Both the position numbers and the translations under genes were made by a program. A stretch of DNA of 64,000 nt, taken from Syntrophales bacterium. Lineage in GTDB: Bacteria > Desulfobacterota > Syntrophia > Syntrophales > UBA2210. Positions 45,932-56,749 of the stretch are shown here, piece by piece. The stretch's first letter is position 1. Each line of letters starts with the position of its first letter. The DNA lies in the NCBI GenBank assembly GCA_963666365.2, contig CAXXNF010000001.1:992001-1056000 (forward strand). Reading direction: 5' to 3'. The notes beneath the pieces were generated by a model. It saw nothing but the letters and a program-made list of their open reading frames with translations. It searched no databases and had not been told where the DNA came from.

Positions 45932-46859
45932 GCCCGTCGCGATGAATGGTGTAGAGCCTCGGTCCGTTCGATTTATTTTCCTGGCCGTTCATCATGTTCA
46001 GCACATGGCCTGCGTCGATGGCGGGTATGTGAAATGCGCCGGCCACATCAACACAGACCAGAAGAGAGCCGATGCCGCCGCCCACCAGGCAGAGATCAAC
46101 ATCCTGGGGAATTGCTGTCAGAACTTCACCCCGAATTGACTCCCAGCGCGTTGCCACATATGAATCGGGAATTTTGACCGATAGAATTTCAGGGCGACTC
46201 GAAAATCCTGCGAACCATTGGCTGCAGGCTTCCAGATTGCAGTCCGAACCGATGACACAGATCTTTTTTCCATCAACCAGCTCACTGAATTTTTTCGATG
46301 TCAGGTATGCGTACACCACATAAAAAGGTATATAATTATCAAGTGTTAAGTCGATATGAGACCTGTGGAGAAGTTCAAGAAAGTTGCGTGCGCCCCCATC
46401 CCCTTTCGGTGTATGAAAGAAGGAAAAAATGCCTCTTTCTTTCCGTCGGATATTCCCGGGAAAAATCAGGGAGGCGATTTTCCCGGTTTTTGCCAGAGTT
46501 TTCATCGCCTCTACATGCAGCGGCATCACACCCTTGATCGCCTCTATCGATTCCGCCTGCCGGTAGAGACCGTTGCAATCAAGTGTATGATCGTAAAAGG
46601 CATATTCTCCGTCGGCAAAACGAACGACCGGCGTAGATTCCCTGTGTTGCAGTCCCTTTTTAAGAAATTCATGTAAAATGGAGCAATACTCATCCCCCGT
46701 CGCCACCTCTCTGTGAAAAAGACAGGTTTCCTGGTCGGATATGTCTGCTGAATAGGCCTGTAACACAGGGCTGTTATCCACATCGCTCAATGCAAGCGCG
46801 TCAAATCGAAAGGTCCCTTCCTCTAAAAGTCCATCGAGATATTGTTTTTCTTTTCCCAT
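45906..46859 (-). CDS. Putative GT-D fold (DUF1792-like) glycosyltransferase
   Basis: VVRFADGE and AIDAGH resemble DUF1792 RFGDGE / AIDIGH motifs. Confidence 0.55.
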   Translation of the reverse strand: MGKEKQYLDGLLEEGTFRFDALALSDVDNSPVLQAYSADISDQETCLFHREVATGDEYCSILHEFLKKGLQHRESTPVVRFADGEYAFYDHTLDCNGLYRQAESIEAIKGVMPLHVEAMKTLAKTGKIASLIFPGNIRRKERGIFSFFHTPKGDGGARNFLELLHRSHIDLTLDNYIPFYVVYAYLTSKKFSELVDGKKICVIGSDCNLEACSQWFAGFSSRPEILSVKIPDSYVATRWESIRGEVLTAIPQDVDLCLVGGGIGSLLVCVDVAGAFHIPAIDAGHVLNMMNGQENKSNGPRLYTIHRDGHGQDERST

Positions 46860-46881
46860 CACATTGAACCTCTTGCCTCGT

Positions 46882-47706
46882 TCACTCCTTTTTCGCCACC
46901 ACCGCGACACTATGGCCGGAATACCGCTTCGCGATCAGGCGGGCAAAGGGCCGAACAAGCAGTTTTTTTTCTAATTTTTCTTTCATATACTGGGAATGGT
47001 ACCTTTTCTCACGAAGAGGGGTAAATCCGAAGCGCACCAGCAGGGTATTGAGCGTTGCCGGCGTAAAATGATAGAGATGGTAGGGGAGGCTCCACCCATC
47101 CCAGGCATCCCACAGGTGTATCGCATCGGTTCCCTCATGATTCGGCACATCGACCACGAACAGACCGCCCGGTTTCAACCAGTGCCACGCCTTCTCCGCA
47201 TGTACCCTGGGATCGGGCGTATGTTCCAGTGCGTGCCACATGGTTATAATATCAAACGATTCGGGCTGAAACGTTACCTCCTCAATTGATCCGGTGGTTA
47301 CAGGTATCTTCAATGTCTCCTCTACATATGATGCCGAATCCCCGGATACATCCATTCCCTCAACTTCATAGCCGAAGGCATGGGCTGCATGGAGAAAATA
47401 TCCCAAGCCGCAGCCGATGTCGAGAATGCGCCCCTGCTTCTTTATGCCACGGAAAAACCTGATGCGATGATCTTCCTGCGAGAGGCGGCGCTTCATTTCC
47501 GGGGACCCTATTTTAAGCCCCTCATCATAATGACTTGAAAAATACTCGCTCCGATAGAGCTCATCCAATTCTTCCTTGCCGGGTCGGGGATCAAGAAATC
47601 CCAGCCCGCACCCGCCGCATTTGAAAACAGTCCATTTATCCTGTGAAATTAATTCCCTGCGGTGGGTGCTGTTACAAAGAATACAATGGACAGGGGCTCG
47701 TTCCAT
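46882..47706 (-). CDS. Class I SAM methyltransferase with N-terminal zinc ribbon
   Basis: CILC...CGGC, ILDIGCGLG, WHALEH, LKPGG. Confidence 0.85.
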   Translation of the reverse strand: MERAPVHCILCNSTHRRELISQDKWTVFKCGGCGLGFLDPRPGKEELDELYRSEYFSSHYDEGLKIGSPEMKRRLSQEDHRIRFFRGIKKQGRILDIGCGLGYFLHAAHAFGYEVEGMDVSGDSASYVEETLKIPVTTGSIEEVTFQPESFDIITMWHALEHTPDPRVHAEKAWHWLKPGGLFVVDVPNHEGTDAIHLWDAWDGWSLPYHLYHFTPATLNTLLVRFGFTPLREKRYHSQYMKEKLEKKLLVRPFARLIAKRYSGHSVAVVAKKE

Positions 47707-47714
47707 GTCGTCTC

Positions 47715-48623
47715 CTATTGTTGTAATGGGCCAAAGTTCCTGACAGTGTGACGAATGACCATGTATTTTTCAAGCTTTTCTTTCGCATGCCCTTTGTCCT
47801 TCATCAGGGGCAACGTAAGTTTCAAGGTCATAATTCTCCAGCACGCTTTTATGGCATCCGCTCTTTTAATCCGCAGGACAGTTTTCGGGGGATAATGCTT
47901 TCTATAAAACAGGTATTCTGCATTAATTTTTTTCTTCCATACTTCCGACAGGAGTGAGTGTTTTTCACTGTGCCCCCCCACATGGGTCACCACTGAGGAA
48001 TCGATATATCCTATTTCATATCCCAGCTTCCTCACTCTGAGGCACAGATCCTGATCTTCTCCGTAGAGAAAAAAATCGTCGTCAAATCCTTGAAGCCTCT
48101 CAATAATCTCGGCTCGGGCTATCATACTGGCGCCTAATACGCAGGCGATGGAACCGGGCAAACTGTCCAGTTCGTTTTTTGCGTAGCCTTGCCCCGGATA
48201 GCGATACGACACGGACCATTGCAGGCTGCCATCGGGATTGACAATCTTTGTGCCTGCAAGCCCTATGCGGGGATGCGAATCCATGTACATCATTGCCGCG
48301 CGCAAACCCTGAGGGGAAATCACCGCATCGGGGTTGAGGAAAAAAATATACCGCCCCCGGCACAGGGGGATCACTTGATTGTTGGCGGCGGCAAAACCGA
48401 CATTTTCCTTGTTGGCCACGAGAGAGACCGAGGGGAAGGTATGCTTTACAATGGCGGCACTCCCGTCGGAAGAGGCATTGTCAATGACGAATACTTCGCT
48501 TCCGATGTCCCGTGCCGCCAAAAGTGCGGCGAGGCAGGATCCGATCACCTCGGCGGAATTGTAGGTAACGACTATGACCGAGATATCAGTCTCAGTGGTG
48601 ACAGTTTTATTCAGCATTTTCAT
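47715..48623 (-). CDS. GT2 glycosyltransferase (rhamnosyltransferase-like)
   Basis: VIVVTYNS, IDNASSDG, NVGFAAANN, LNPD, GFDDDFFLYGED. Confidence 0.88.
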   Translation of the reverse strand: MKMLNKTVTTETDISVIVVTYNSAEVIGSCLAALLAARDIGSEVFVIDNASSDGSAAIVKHTFPSVSLVANKENVGFAAANNQVIPLCRGRYIFFLNPDAVISPQGLRAAMMYMDSHPRIGLAGTKIVNPDGSLQWSVSYRYPGQGYAKNELDSLPGSIACVLGASMIARAEIIERLQGFDDDFFLYGEDQDLCLRVRKLGYEIGYIDSSVVTHVGGHSEKHSLLSEVWKKKINAEYLFYRKHYPPKTVLRIKRADAIKACWRIMTLKLTLPLMKDKGHAKEKLEKYMVIRHTVRNFGPLQQ

Positions 48624-48712
48624 CCGCTATATCCGCAGCACTCCTCACTGTAATCCCTGCATGCAATCACCAGGCTCGATCTTCGGGACACGCCTTTTCA
48701 TTTTTTTTGCCC

Positions 48713-49420
48713 CTACGGTTTCTGGAACCAAAAACATCCGCACCCGTACCTTTCCTGGTCGGCCCTTTCTTTTGCAGCGTTTCGAATCAAACCTCCACTG
48801 CGGTTGTCCTCAGTAATCAGACTGAATTCCTTCATTATGAGATCTGAAAAATACCCCAGAATCTGATCATATGAATACACGCGGTGTGCATTAAACATTA
48901 TCCGGGCTGTCCCGATCGGTACTACAAACAGCAGGGAACCTCCCGGCGCTACAACCCGCTTCAGTTCGGCGATTGCCTTCAAATCACCGTCAGGATCAAG
49001 CACGTCGCCATAGCGCCCCAGTCCCACATGCTCCACCACATGCATGCATGAGATCGATTCCACACTGCCGTCTTCAAAGGGAAGGTGCAGAAGATCGGCG
49101 GCCTCCGAGGTCAGGTTATCGAGATTAAGCTTTGCCGGCCGATATTCGTAAAATTTTACCGGCACAAAGGCGGAAACGATGGTGCAAAATGACAGCGTTG
49201 AAGAAATATCGACATGAACGCCGGGACGAATCTGTGCGATAATCCGGGCGGCCCAGGCGGGATGATAGGTATAGTGGGGCTCAATATCGAGGCTGGGCAC
49301 TTTCTCGTTCAAGCAGGGATAACGGTCCTTCCATCGTAGCGTGAAGCGTCGTGGCGATTCTCTCAATAATCTTTTAAAGGCCAAATATTCTGATAAAAAT
49401 CGGGCGTATCGCAGTCTCAC
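48713..49420 (-). CDS. DUF268-like methyltransferase
   Basis: SCMHVVEHVGLGRYGD..DPDGD motif; GTG start with GGGAG SD. Confidence 0.7.
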   Translation of the reverse strand: MRLRYARFLSEYLAFKRLLRESPRRFTLRWKDRYPCLNEKVPSLDIEPHYTYHPAWAARIIAQIRPGVHVDISSTLSFCTIVSAFVPVKFYEYRPAKLNLDNLTSEAADLLHLPFEDGSVESISCMHVVEHVGLGRYGDVLDPDGDLKAIAELKRVVAPGGSLLFVVPIGTARIMFNAHRVYSYDQILGYFSDLIMKEFSLITEDNRSGGLIRNAAKERADQERYGCGCFWFQKP

Positions 49421-49483
49421 ATTTTTCTCCCTGTCTTAAAATTTCTTTTTCTCAGCCATGAGCACCTTTACGTACCGCACTAA

Positions 49484-50260
49484 TCAATAGCGCACGTAAA
49501 TGTCACCCCAGAGGAATTCATCCTCACAGGCATGTAATGTTGTGTAAAGTGTGGAAGCATCAACCCATTCCGGGAGCAGCAATTCCATGGACTCGCCGAG
49601 CGAGCAGTTGAATTGCGCCGGTGCGATGGATAGCAAATGGGTAATGCATTTTTTAGTATCCTCGAAAAATTCTCGTGTGAATTCAAATGATATGTAGGGA
49701 ATAGGACGAGACAACCCCTTCAGCACCGGTTCCTCAAAACCTTCAACATCGATTTTGCAGAACTTCGGGAGTCCATATGTTTCGATTAAACCGTCCAGTG
49801 TGGTGATCTCAACCGTTTCCGTCTGACTCCAGCGGTACTGCGTTGAAAACCTTCCCTCATTTTTCCATTTATCAGACATTGTGGAAATTGTCGGTTCGTC
49901 GGCACATATGGCAAGTTCACCCACACCTTCTCGCTCACCAAGTGCCTTGTCAATGATAATGATATCCTTATTTCCTTTGAACCGTGAACGCAGTTTTATA
50001 AGACAGGAATGCTGTGGTTCGATACAGAGGACCTTTGCTCCAAGTCCCCAAAAGACTTCGGTCCTGTTACCGAAGTTTGCGCCCACATCAAAACAGAGGT
50101 CACCCTCATGAATGAACTGAGAATAAAAATCCATCATCGTCAAACAGGAACGCCAGGATCGAGGACAGAGGGCCTCAATCAATGAACCCGCCGGCCCATG
50201 CGATGCATGTCGCACTGACCTCAACATGTGCATGAATCTTTTATGTATCATCGCTTTCAT
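49484..50260 (-). CDS. FkbM-family methyltransferase
   Basis: FDVGANFG, IEPQ, KIDVEGFE. Confidence 0.85.
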   Translation of the reverse strand: MKAMIHKRFMHMLRSVRHASHGPAGSLIEALCPRSWRSCLTMMDFYSQFIHEGDLCFDVGANFGNRTEVFWGLGAKVLCIEPQHSCLIKLRSRFKGNKDIIIIDKALGEREGVGELAICADEPTISTMSDKWKNEGRFSTQYRWSQTETVEITTLDGLIETYGLPKFCKIDVEGFEEPVLKGLSRPIPYISFEFTREFFEDTKKCITHLLSIAPAQFNCSLGESMELLLPEWVDASTLYTTLHACEDEFLWGDIYVRY

Positions 50261-50306
50261 TCTCTTGTATGTGACACATTGTGCAGCAAGAACCGTCCGT
50301 TACCAT

Positions 50307-51107
50307 TCAGACATTCCCCCTTGTAAGTGATGAGGCGGGGTAGTCCTTTCTGACAATCAACCAGTTTTGATACTGAAAGGTTTCAAGCCTCTGATCATAT
50401 CGCGGAACATTTCGTATCCCTTCCGGATAGATTTTGTAGAAACTATAGTCAAAATTCTCGAAAAATTGAAAAATATCTTTCAGAAAGACATGTGAATCAA
50501 TATTACATCCCCCATATTCAAATTGAATCATTTTAACCAGGGAATGTTCAAATAGTGATCTACCCCCCTTAAACACTTCAAGCTCATGTCCTTCAACATC
50601 TATTTTCATGTAGTCGATTTCCGAAATTTTATTTCTGCTGCAGTAGTGTTCAAGCGTATCAAGTTTCACCTGCTCCTGTTGCCTTTGAGTCTCGAGCCCC
50701 CATCCATTTTCCAGGCCATGCCTCTGATAGAGCGAATTAAGCCCCGAAGCCCCCTCGAAAACAAAGAGCGTTTGTTCGCCTTCAACGGAACTTAATGCCA
50801 CGTTGTTACAATGGACATTCGAAGGAAATTCATTTGCGGTTAATGTGGCAAATGTCCGCGCGCTTGGTTCAAAGCAGTGGATTTCCAGGCGGTGATTAAT
50901 CGCAAGACCAAGCTTTGTCCACTCTCCGATATGTGCGCCTATGTCGAAAACCACTTGACACGTTCCCAGAGTGCGCTGCATGACTCGCAACTCGCCATTG
51001 GTTCTAATATCGGCATTATTTTCGCCATTGTACTTATCCACATAACTCTTACAAAAATTGTAGATGTGCCGATTCTTGGGAAGTATTTTTAATAAGACAC
51101 GTTTCAT
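50307..51107 (-). CDS. FkbM-family methyltransferase
   Basis: FDIGAHIG, FEP, KIDVEGHE. Confidence 0.85.
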   Translation of the reverse strand: MKRVLLKILPKNRHIYNFCKSYVDKYNGENNADIRTNGELRVMQRTLGTCQVVFDIGAHIGEWTKLGLAINHRLEIHCFEPSARTFATLTANEFPSNVHCNNVALSSVEGEQTLFVFEGASGLNSLYQRHGLENGWGLETQRQQEQVKLDTLEHYCSRNKISEIDYMKIDVEGHELEVFKGGRSLFEHSLVKMIQFEYGGCNIDSHVFLKDIFQFFENFDYSFYKIYPEGIRNVPRYDQRLETFQYQNWLIVRKDYPASSLTRGNV

Positions 51108-51210
51108 AAAAACCTCTTCATCGTGTTGTCATCCTACCCGATGCCTTCCTGCATTTCCCCGGCTTCATTAAAATCCGCCATCATTCCTCATATATAAAAG
51201 GCGGCGCCTG

Positions 51211-52377
51211 TTACATTACCGGCCGCTCCATCTCTCTAACACGATCCCTGGTTTTTTCATACAGCAACCGCATCTTATCCGCTGCCGCATCCCAGCTGTG
51301 CAACCGGGCTGTTTTCAGGGCCGCCTCCGCCATGGAGCACCTTCTTGGTTCATCAAAGATGTCTTGGATGGTCTCTGCGATCATCGCCGCATCTGCCGAG
51401 TGTCCAACAACAAAGCCGTTCGTCCCCTGTGTCACCAGATCGGCTGCCCCGACGCGATCGCTGACGACAACGGGAACGGACGAGGCCATTGCCTCAAGTG
51501 CGGCCATGCCGAAGGTATCGAATTTTGAGAGCATGGCATATACGTCGGCACCCCGGTAATACCGTGCAATGTCCTCTTTGGCGACAACTCCGGTAAAGGA
51601 AACCTGGCCCTCGATGCCGAACTCCTTTGCCATGGCGCGGTACTTGCCTATATTCCCCCTACCCACGACAAGCAGGATAAAATCAGCGGTAGGCCGGATC
51701 GCCTTAAATCGACCCAAGGCCGCCAGTATTGTATCCAACCCCTTGATTTCAAAATTCATCGATACGAATAAAATGATACGAGTTTCGGAACCGAGGTAAT
51801 GCCGCTCGATCAGGTAACGGCGGCATTGGTCTCTTTCATATCGCTGAAATCGTTCCACATCGACGCCGGGATGCATGACCTCGATGTTTTTTGGGGACAC
51901 TTCATACTCACGGAGGAATTCCTGCCGCGAAAGTTCGGAAACGGCAAGAAATTTCCTGCAGTTGCCCCTTGTAATCAGGGAATGCTCCACCCAGGCCGTG
52001 CCGAAATCGTACAGACTCATCCGTTTTTTCCGCACGTCCCGCACCCATGCACGATGTGGAATGCCATGCATGGTAAAAATATGGGCTTCAAACACTCGTT
52101 CGTGGCTGTGAACAATGTCGAACCGCATACCGGAAAGCTTTCTCCTCACAAAGGAGGCAAAACTGATGGTGGTAAAAAGCTTCGGAAAGCTTATGACGGG
52201 TATGCGATGAAAGATAATCCGGTCCGTCTCGGCGCGCCACCGGTGGGCAAAGACATGCATCTCCCATCGCCCGTCGCGGGCAATCCGTTCCGTCAGTTCA
52301 AAGGCAAACTGTTCGGCCCCCCCTACGAGGCCATATTTGGGGATTATAACGGCTACTTTCCCAATTTGTTGATTCAT
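51211..52377 (-). CDS. GT4 glycosyltransferase (WaaG/RfaG-like LPS core)
   Basis: GGAE, NFEIKGL, DTFGMAALEAMAS. Confidence 0.85.
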   Translation of the reverse strand: MNQQIGKVAVIIPKYGLVGGAEQFAFELTERIARDGRWEMHVFAHRWRAETDRIIFHRIPVISFPKLFTTISFASFVRRKLSGMRFDIVHSHERVFEAHIFTMHGIPHRAWVRDVRKKRMSLYDFGTAWVEHSLITRGNCRKFLAVSELSRQEFLREYEVSPKNIEVMHPGVDVERFQRYERDQCRRYLIERHYLGSETRIILFVSMNFEIKGLDTILAALGRFKAIRPTADFILLVVGRGNIGKYRAMAKEFGIEGQVSFTGVVAKEDIARYYRGADVYAMLSKFDTFGMAALEAMASSVPVVVSDRVGAADLVTQGTNGFVVGHSADAAMIAETIQDIFDEPRRCSMAEAALKTARLHSWDAAADKMRLLYEKTRDRVREMERPVM

Positions 52378-52710
52378 GAACACTCTTCTTTTATACAAGG
52401 GGACGCACCTGCAGTACAGGGCTACAGGGTGCTGTATCATAAAGAACATTGAAAATCATCTTCTAAGTACTCGTTATGAAAGTGCGCGCATATAGCCTCT
52501 TCTTTTCCAGCCCCCCGTGATTTCAATCGACCGAGACCGCACGTGCCTGCATGTTTGATCACTTTTCTGGTTGACGGAACAGGTCGCTGTCTGGTATCAC
52601 ATGAGTCGGAAGAATAATTAACATTCTGATATTACTTAATATTAAAAGAATGAACCTGGCCTATCGCATGCATAGACATCTCTCGCCACGCTCATCACAG
52701 GGCTAACGCT

Positions 52711-54318
52711 ATGGACTACAAAGTAATTCTCGGAATCATCGGCGGTCTCGGTCTTTTCATCTATGGAATGCACCTTCTAAGCGATTCGCTGAAAAAGCTC
52801 TCTCTCTCACTCCTCAAAACGATGCTTGAAAAACTCACCTCCGACAGAATAAGGTCTGTGCTGGTGGGGTTGGGAGTAACCGCAATCATACAGAGTTCCA
52901 GCGCCACATCGGTAATCCTCATCGGGTTTCTTAACGCGGGGATTATCCAGCTTGCGGCGGCGCTTTCCATCATGATCGGCGCGAACATAGGCACCACCAT
53001 CACCGCCCAGCTGATTGCCTTCAAATTCACCGCCGCCGCACCCGTCTTCGTCTTTGCCGGAGCGGTTGTCTTTTTCTTTGCAAAGAAGAACAAGCACAAA
53101 AATAAGGGATTGGCAATCCTCGGATTCGGACTGCTCTTTATGGGACTCGCCATGATGAGTTCCGCCGTGAAACCACTGGCGGGAAACATTGTCGTACGGG
53201 ACGCCTTTACGTCTTTCGGAAGTCAACCCTTTCTGGGCATACTTACGGGATTGGTCGTCACGGCCGTCCTTCAGAGCAGCAGCACCACCACCGGGATGAT
53301 CATCGCCTTCGCACTGGCGGGACTTCTCGACCTGCCTTCGTCCATATATCTCATATTCGGCACAAACATCGGCACCTGCGTAACCGCCATTATCGCCAGT
53401 TTCGGCGGGAACCTTTCGAGCAAGCGGCTGGCACTGGGAAACACCCTCTTCAATATTGCCGGCACGGTCATCGCCTTCTTCATGGTTCCCCTGTACCTTG
53501 CCTATGTACCCCTCTTTTCGGAAAGCGTGGCCCGGCAGGTCGCCAACAGCCATACGATCTTCAATATCCTGAATACTATTATCTTTCTCCCCCTGATTCC
53601 GCTTTTTGTCCGAATTCTCGAAAAAATGCTGCCCGGCAGTGATTACAAAAAGCAGGAAATCCGCTATCTGGACGAGAATCTTCTGCCGACGCCCCATCTG
53701 GCCCTTTCGGCGGTCATCAAAGAGCTCACCGTCATGCTCTCGATCTGCGAAGAGATGATCGAAAAGGCGGAGACCTGCGTTTTTTCCTACAACCACAAAC
53801 TCAAAAACGAGATTATCTTCGACGAAGAGTCAGTCGATGAAATGCAGAAGAACATTACCGAGTACCTGGTGGAAATCACGAAAAACGAACTGACGGACCG
53901 CCAGAGGAGGCTGGTGCCGGCGATTCTTCACAGCGTGAACGATATCGAAAAAGTGGCCGACTACTGCGAAAACATCGTAATGCTTGCACAACGGACCTTT
54001 GAAGAAAACCTGTCCTTTTCCGGCGCCGCCAGGGAGGAACTGGAACGGCTCTTCGCAAAGACCAGGACCATCTTGAAACACACCATGCAGGCGGTGAAGA
54101 ACGATGATCATAAATCGGCCGCTATTACCCTCACTATAGAACGGGAATCGGATGAATTGATAACCCAGTATAAGCTGAATCATATTTTGAGGCTCGAGGC
54201 CGGCACCTGCATCAGTGAATCGGGCCTTGTTTTTTCGGATATTCTGACCGATATTGAGCGCATCGACGGACATCTTTGCAACATCACCAAAGGCATATTG
54301 CACATCGGGAAACGATAA
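52711..54318 (+). CDS. Na/Pi cotransporter with C-terminal PhoU-like domains
   Basis: Duplicated QSSS and GANIGT/GTNIGT motifs; DIEKVAD and DIERIDG. Confidence 0.9.
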   Translation: MDYKVILGIIGGLGLFIYGMHLLSDSLKKLSLSLLKTMLEKLTSDRIRSVLVGLGVTAIIQSSSATSVILIGFLNAGIIQLAAALSIMIGANIGTTITAQLIAFKFTAAAPVFVFAGAVVFFFAKKNKHKNKGLAILGFGLLFMGLAMMSSAVKPLAGNIVVRDAFTSFGSQPFLGILTGLVVTAVLQSSSTTTGMIIAFALAGLLDLPSSIYLIFGTNIGTCVTAIIASFGGNLSSKRLALGNTLFNIAGTVIAFFMVPLYLAYVPLFSESVARQVANSHTIFNILNTIIFLPLIPLFVRILEKMLPGSDYKKQEIRYLDENLLPTPHLALSAVIKELTVMLSICEEMIEKAETCVFSYNHKLKNEIIFDEESVDEMQKNITEYLVEITKNELTDRQRRLVPAILHSVNDIEKVADYCENIVMLAQRTFEENLSFSGAAREELERLFAKTRTILKHTMQAVKNDDHKSAAITLTIERESDELITQYKLNHILRLEAGTCISESGLVFSDILTDIERIDGHLCNITKGILHIGKR

Positions 54319-54493
54319 CCTTCCGAAAGTAAAAACAGTTCCTGGTCAGCCAAAAAATTCTTTTCCCTTTTTTTTCATCCCTTGACAGAACGGATTTCAT
54401 GTTTATTTTAAGGGTGCCTGATTCAATAACGGAAAGATTTTCTTGTCTTATTTAAAATAAAAAACATGCATGAGGAAAGGAGACAAAGGAAGT

Positions 54494-54784
54494 ATGAACA
54501 TCAGACCATTACATGACAGGATTCTTGTACGGCGCCTCGAGGAAGAGGAAAAAACCAAAGGCGGCATCATCATTCCCGATAGCGCAAAAGAGAAGCCGAT
54601 GGAAGGCGAAGTCATCGCCGTTGGAAATGGAAAGAAGACCGAAGAGGGAAAGCTGGTCGCCCTTGACGTGAAAGCGGGCGACAGGGTTCTTTTCAGTAAG
54701 TATGCGGGTACAGAGGTGAAAATCGATGATGTGGAACACCTCATCATGAGGGAAGACGACATCCTTGGAATTATAGAAAAATAA
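54494..54784 (+). CDS. groES: Co-chaperonin GroES
   Basis: IRPLHDR, GGIIIPD, KYAGTEV. Confidence 0.97.
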   Translation: MNIRPLHDRILVRRLEEEEKTKGGIIIPDSAKEKPMEGEVIAVGNGKKTEEGKLVALDVKAGDRVLFSKYAGTEVKIDDVEHLIMREDDILGIIEK

Positions 54785-54794
54785 TAAAGATTAG

Positions 54795-56456
<1,662 letters not shown>

Positions 56457-56486
56457 CAGGGTAATGTAAATTTCACATGCATGCGT

Positions 56487-56524
56487 AAAAAGGTCCCTCG
56501 CCCTTTCGGGCAGGGGCCTTTTTC
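56487..56524 (+). terminator. groESL terminator
   Basis: AAAAAGGTCCCTCGCCC-TTTC-GGGCAGGGGCCTTTTT. Confidence 0.8.
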
Positions 56525-56749
56525 ATGTTCAGCCCGATGAAACGCCCCCATGATCTCTTAAAATCCTATGCGAGAGTATCTGCGTAGCGTTTTTTTAACA
56601 AATTTATTCCGGCAGTCATTTCCGACAAATCTGTTGCCTCATCCGGCTGACCTGTGTTATAGGGACCCGTTGTTGTAACGTGAAGTCCCTTATGTATCTC
56701 CATTGCGGGGAATACACGCACGTATCAGTCCATACACCAGGAGACGTCC

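Noticed and set aside
56525..56749. T-box leader for ileS
   Set aside because: No T-box consensus or leader terminator seen
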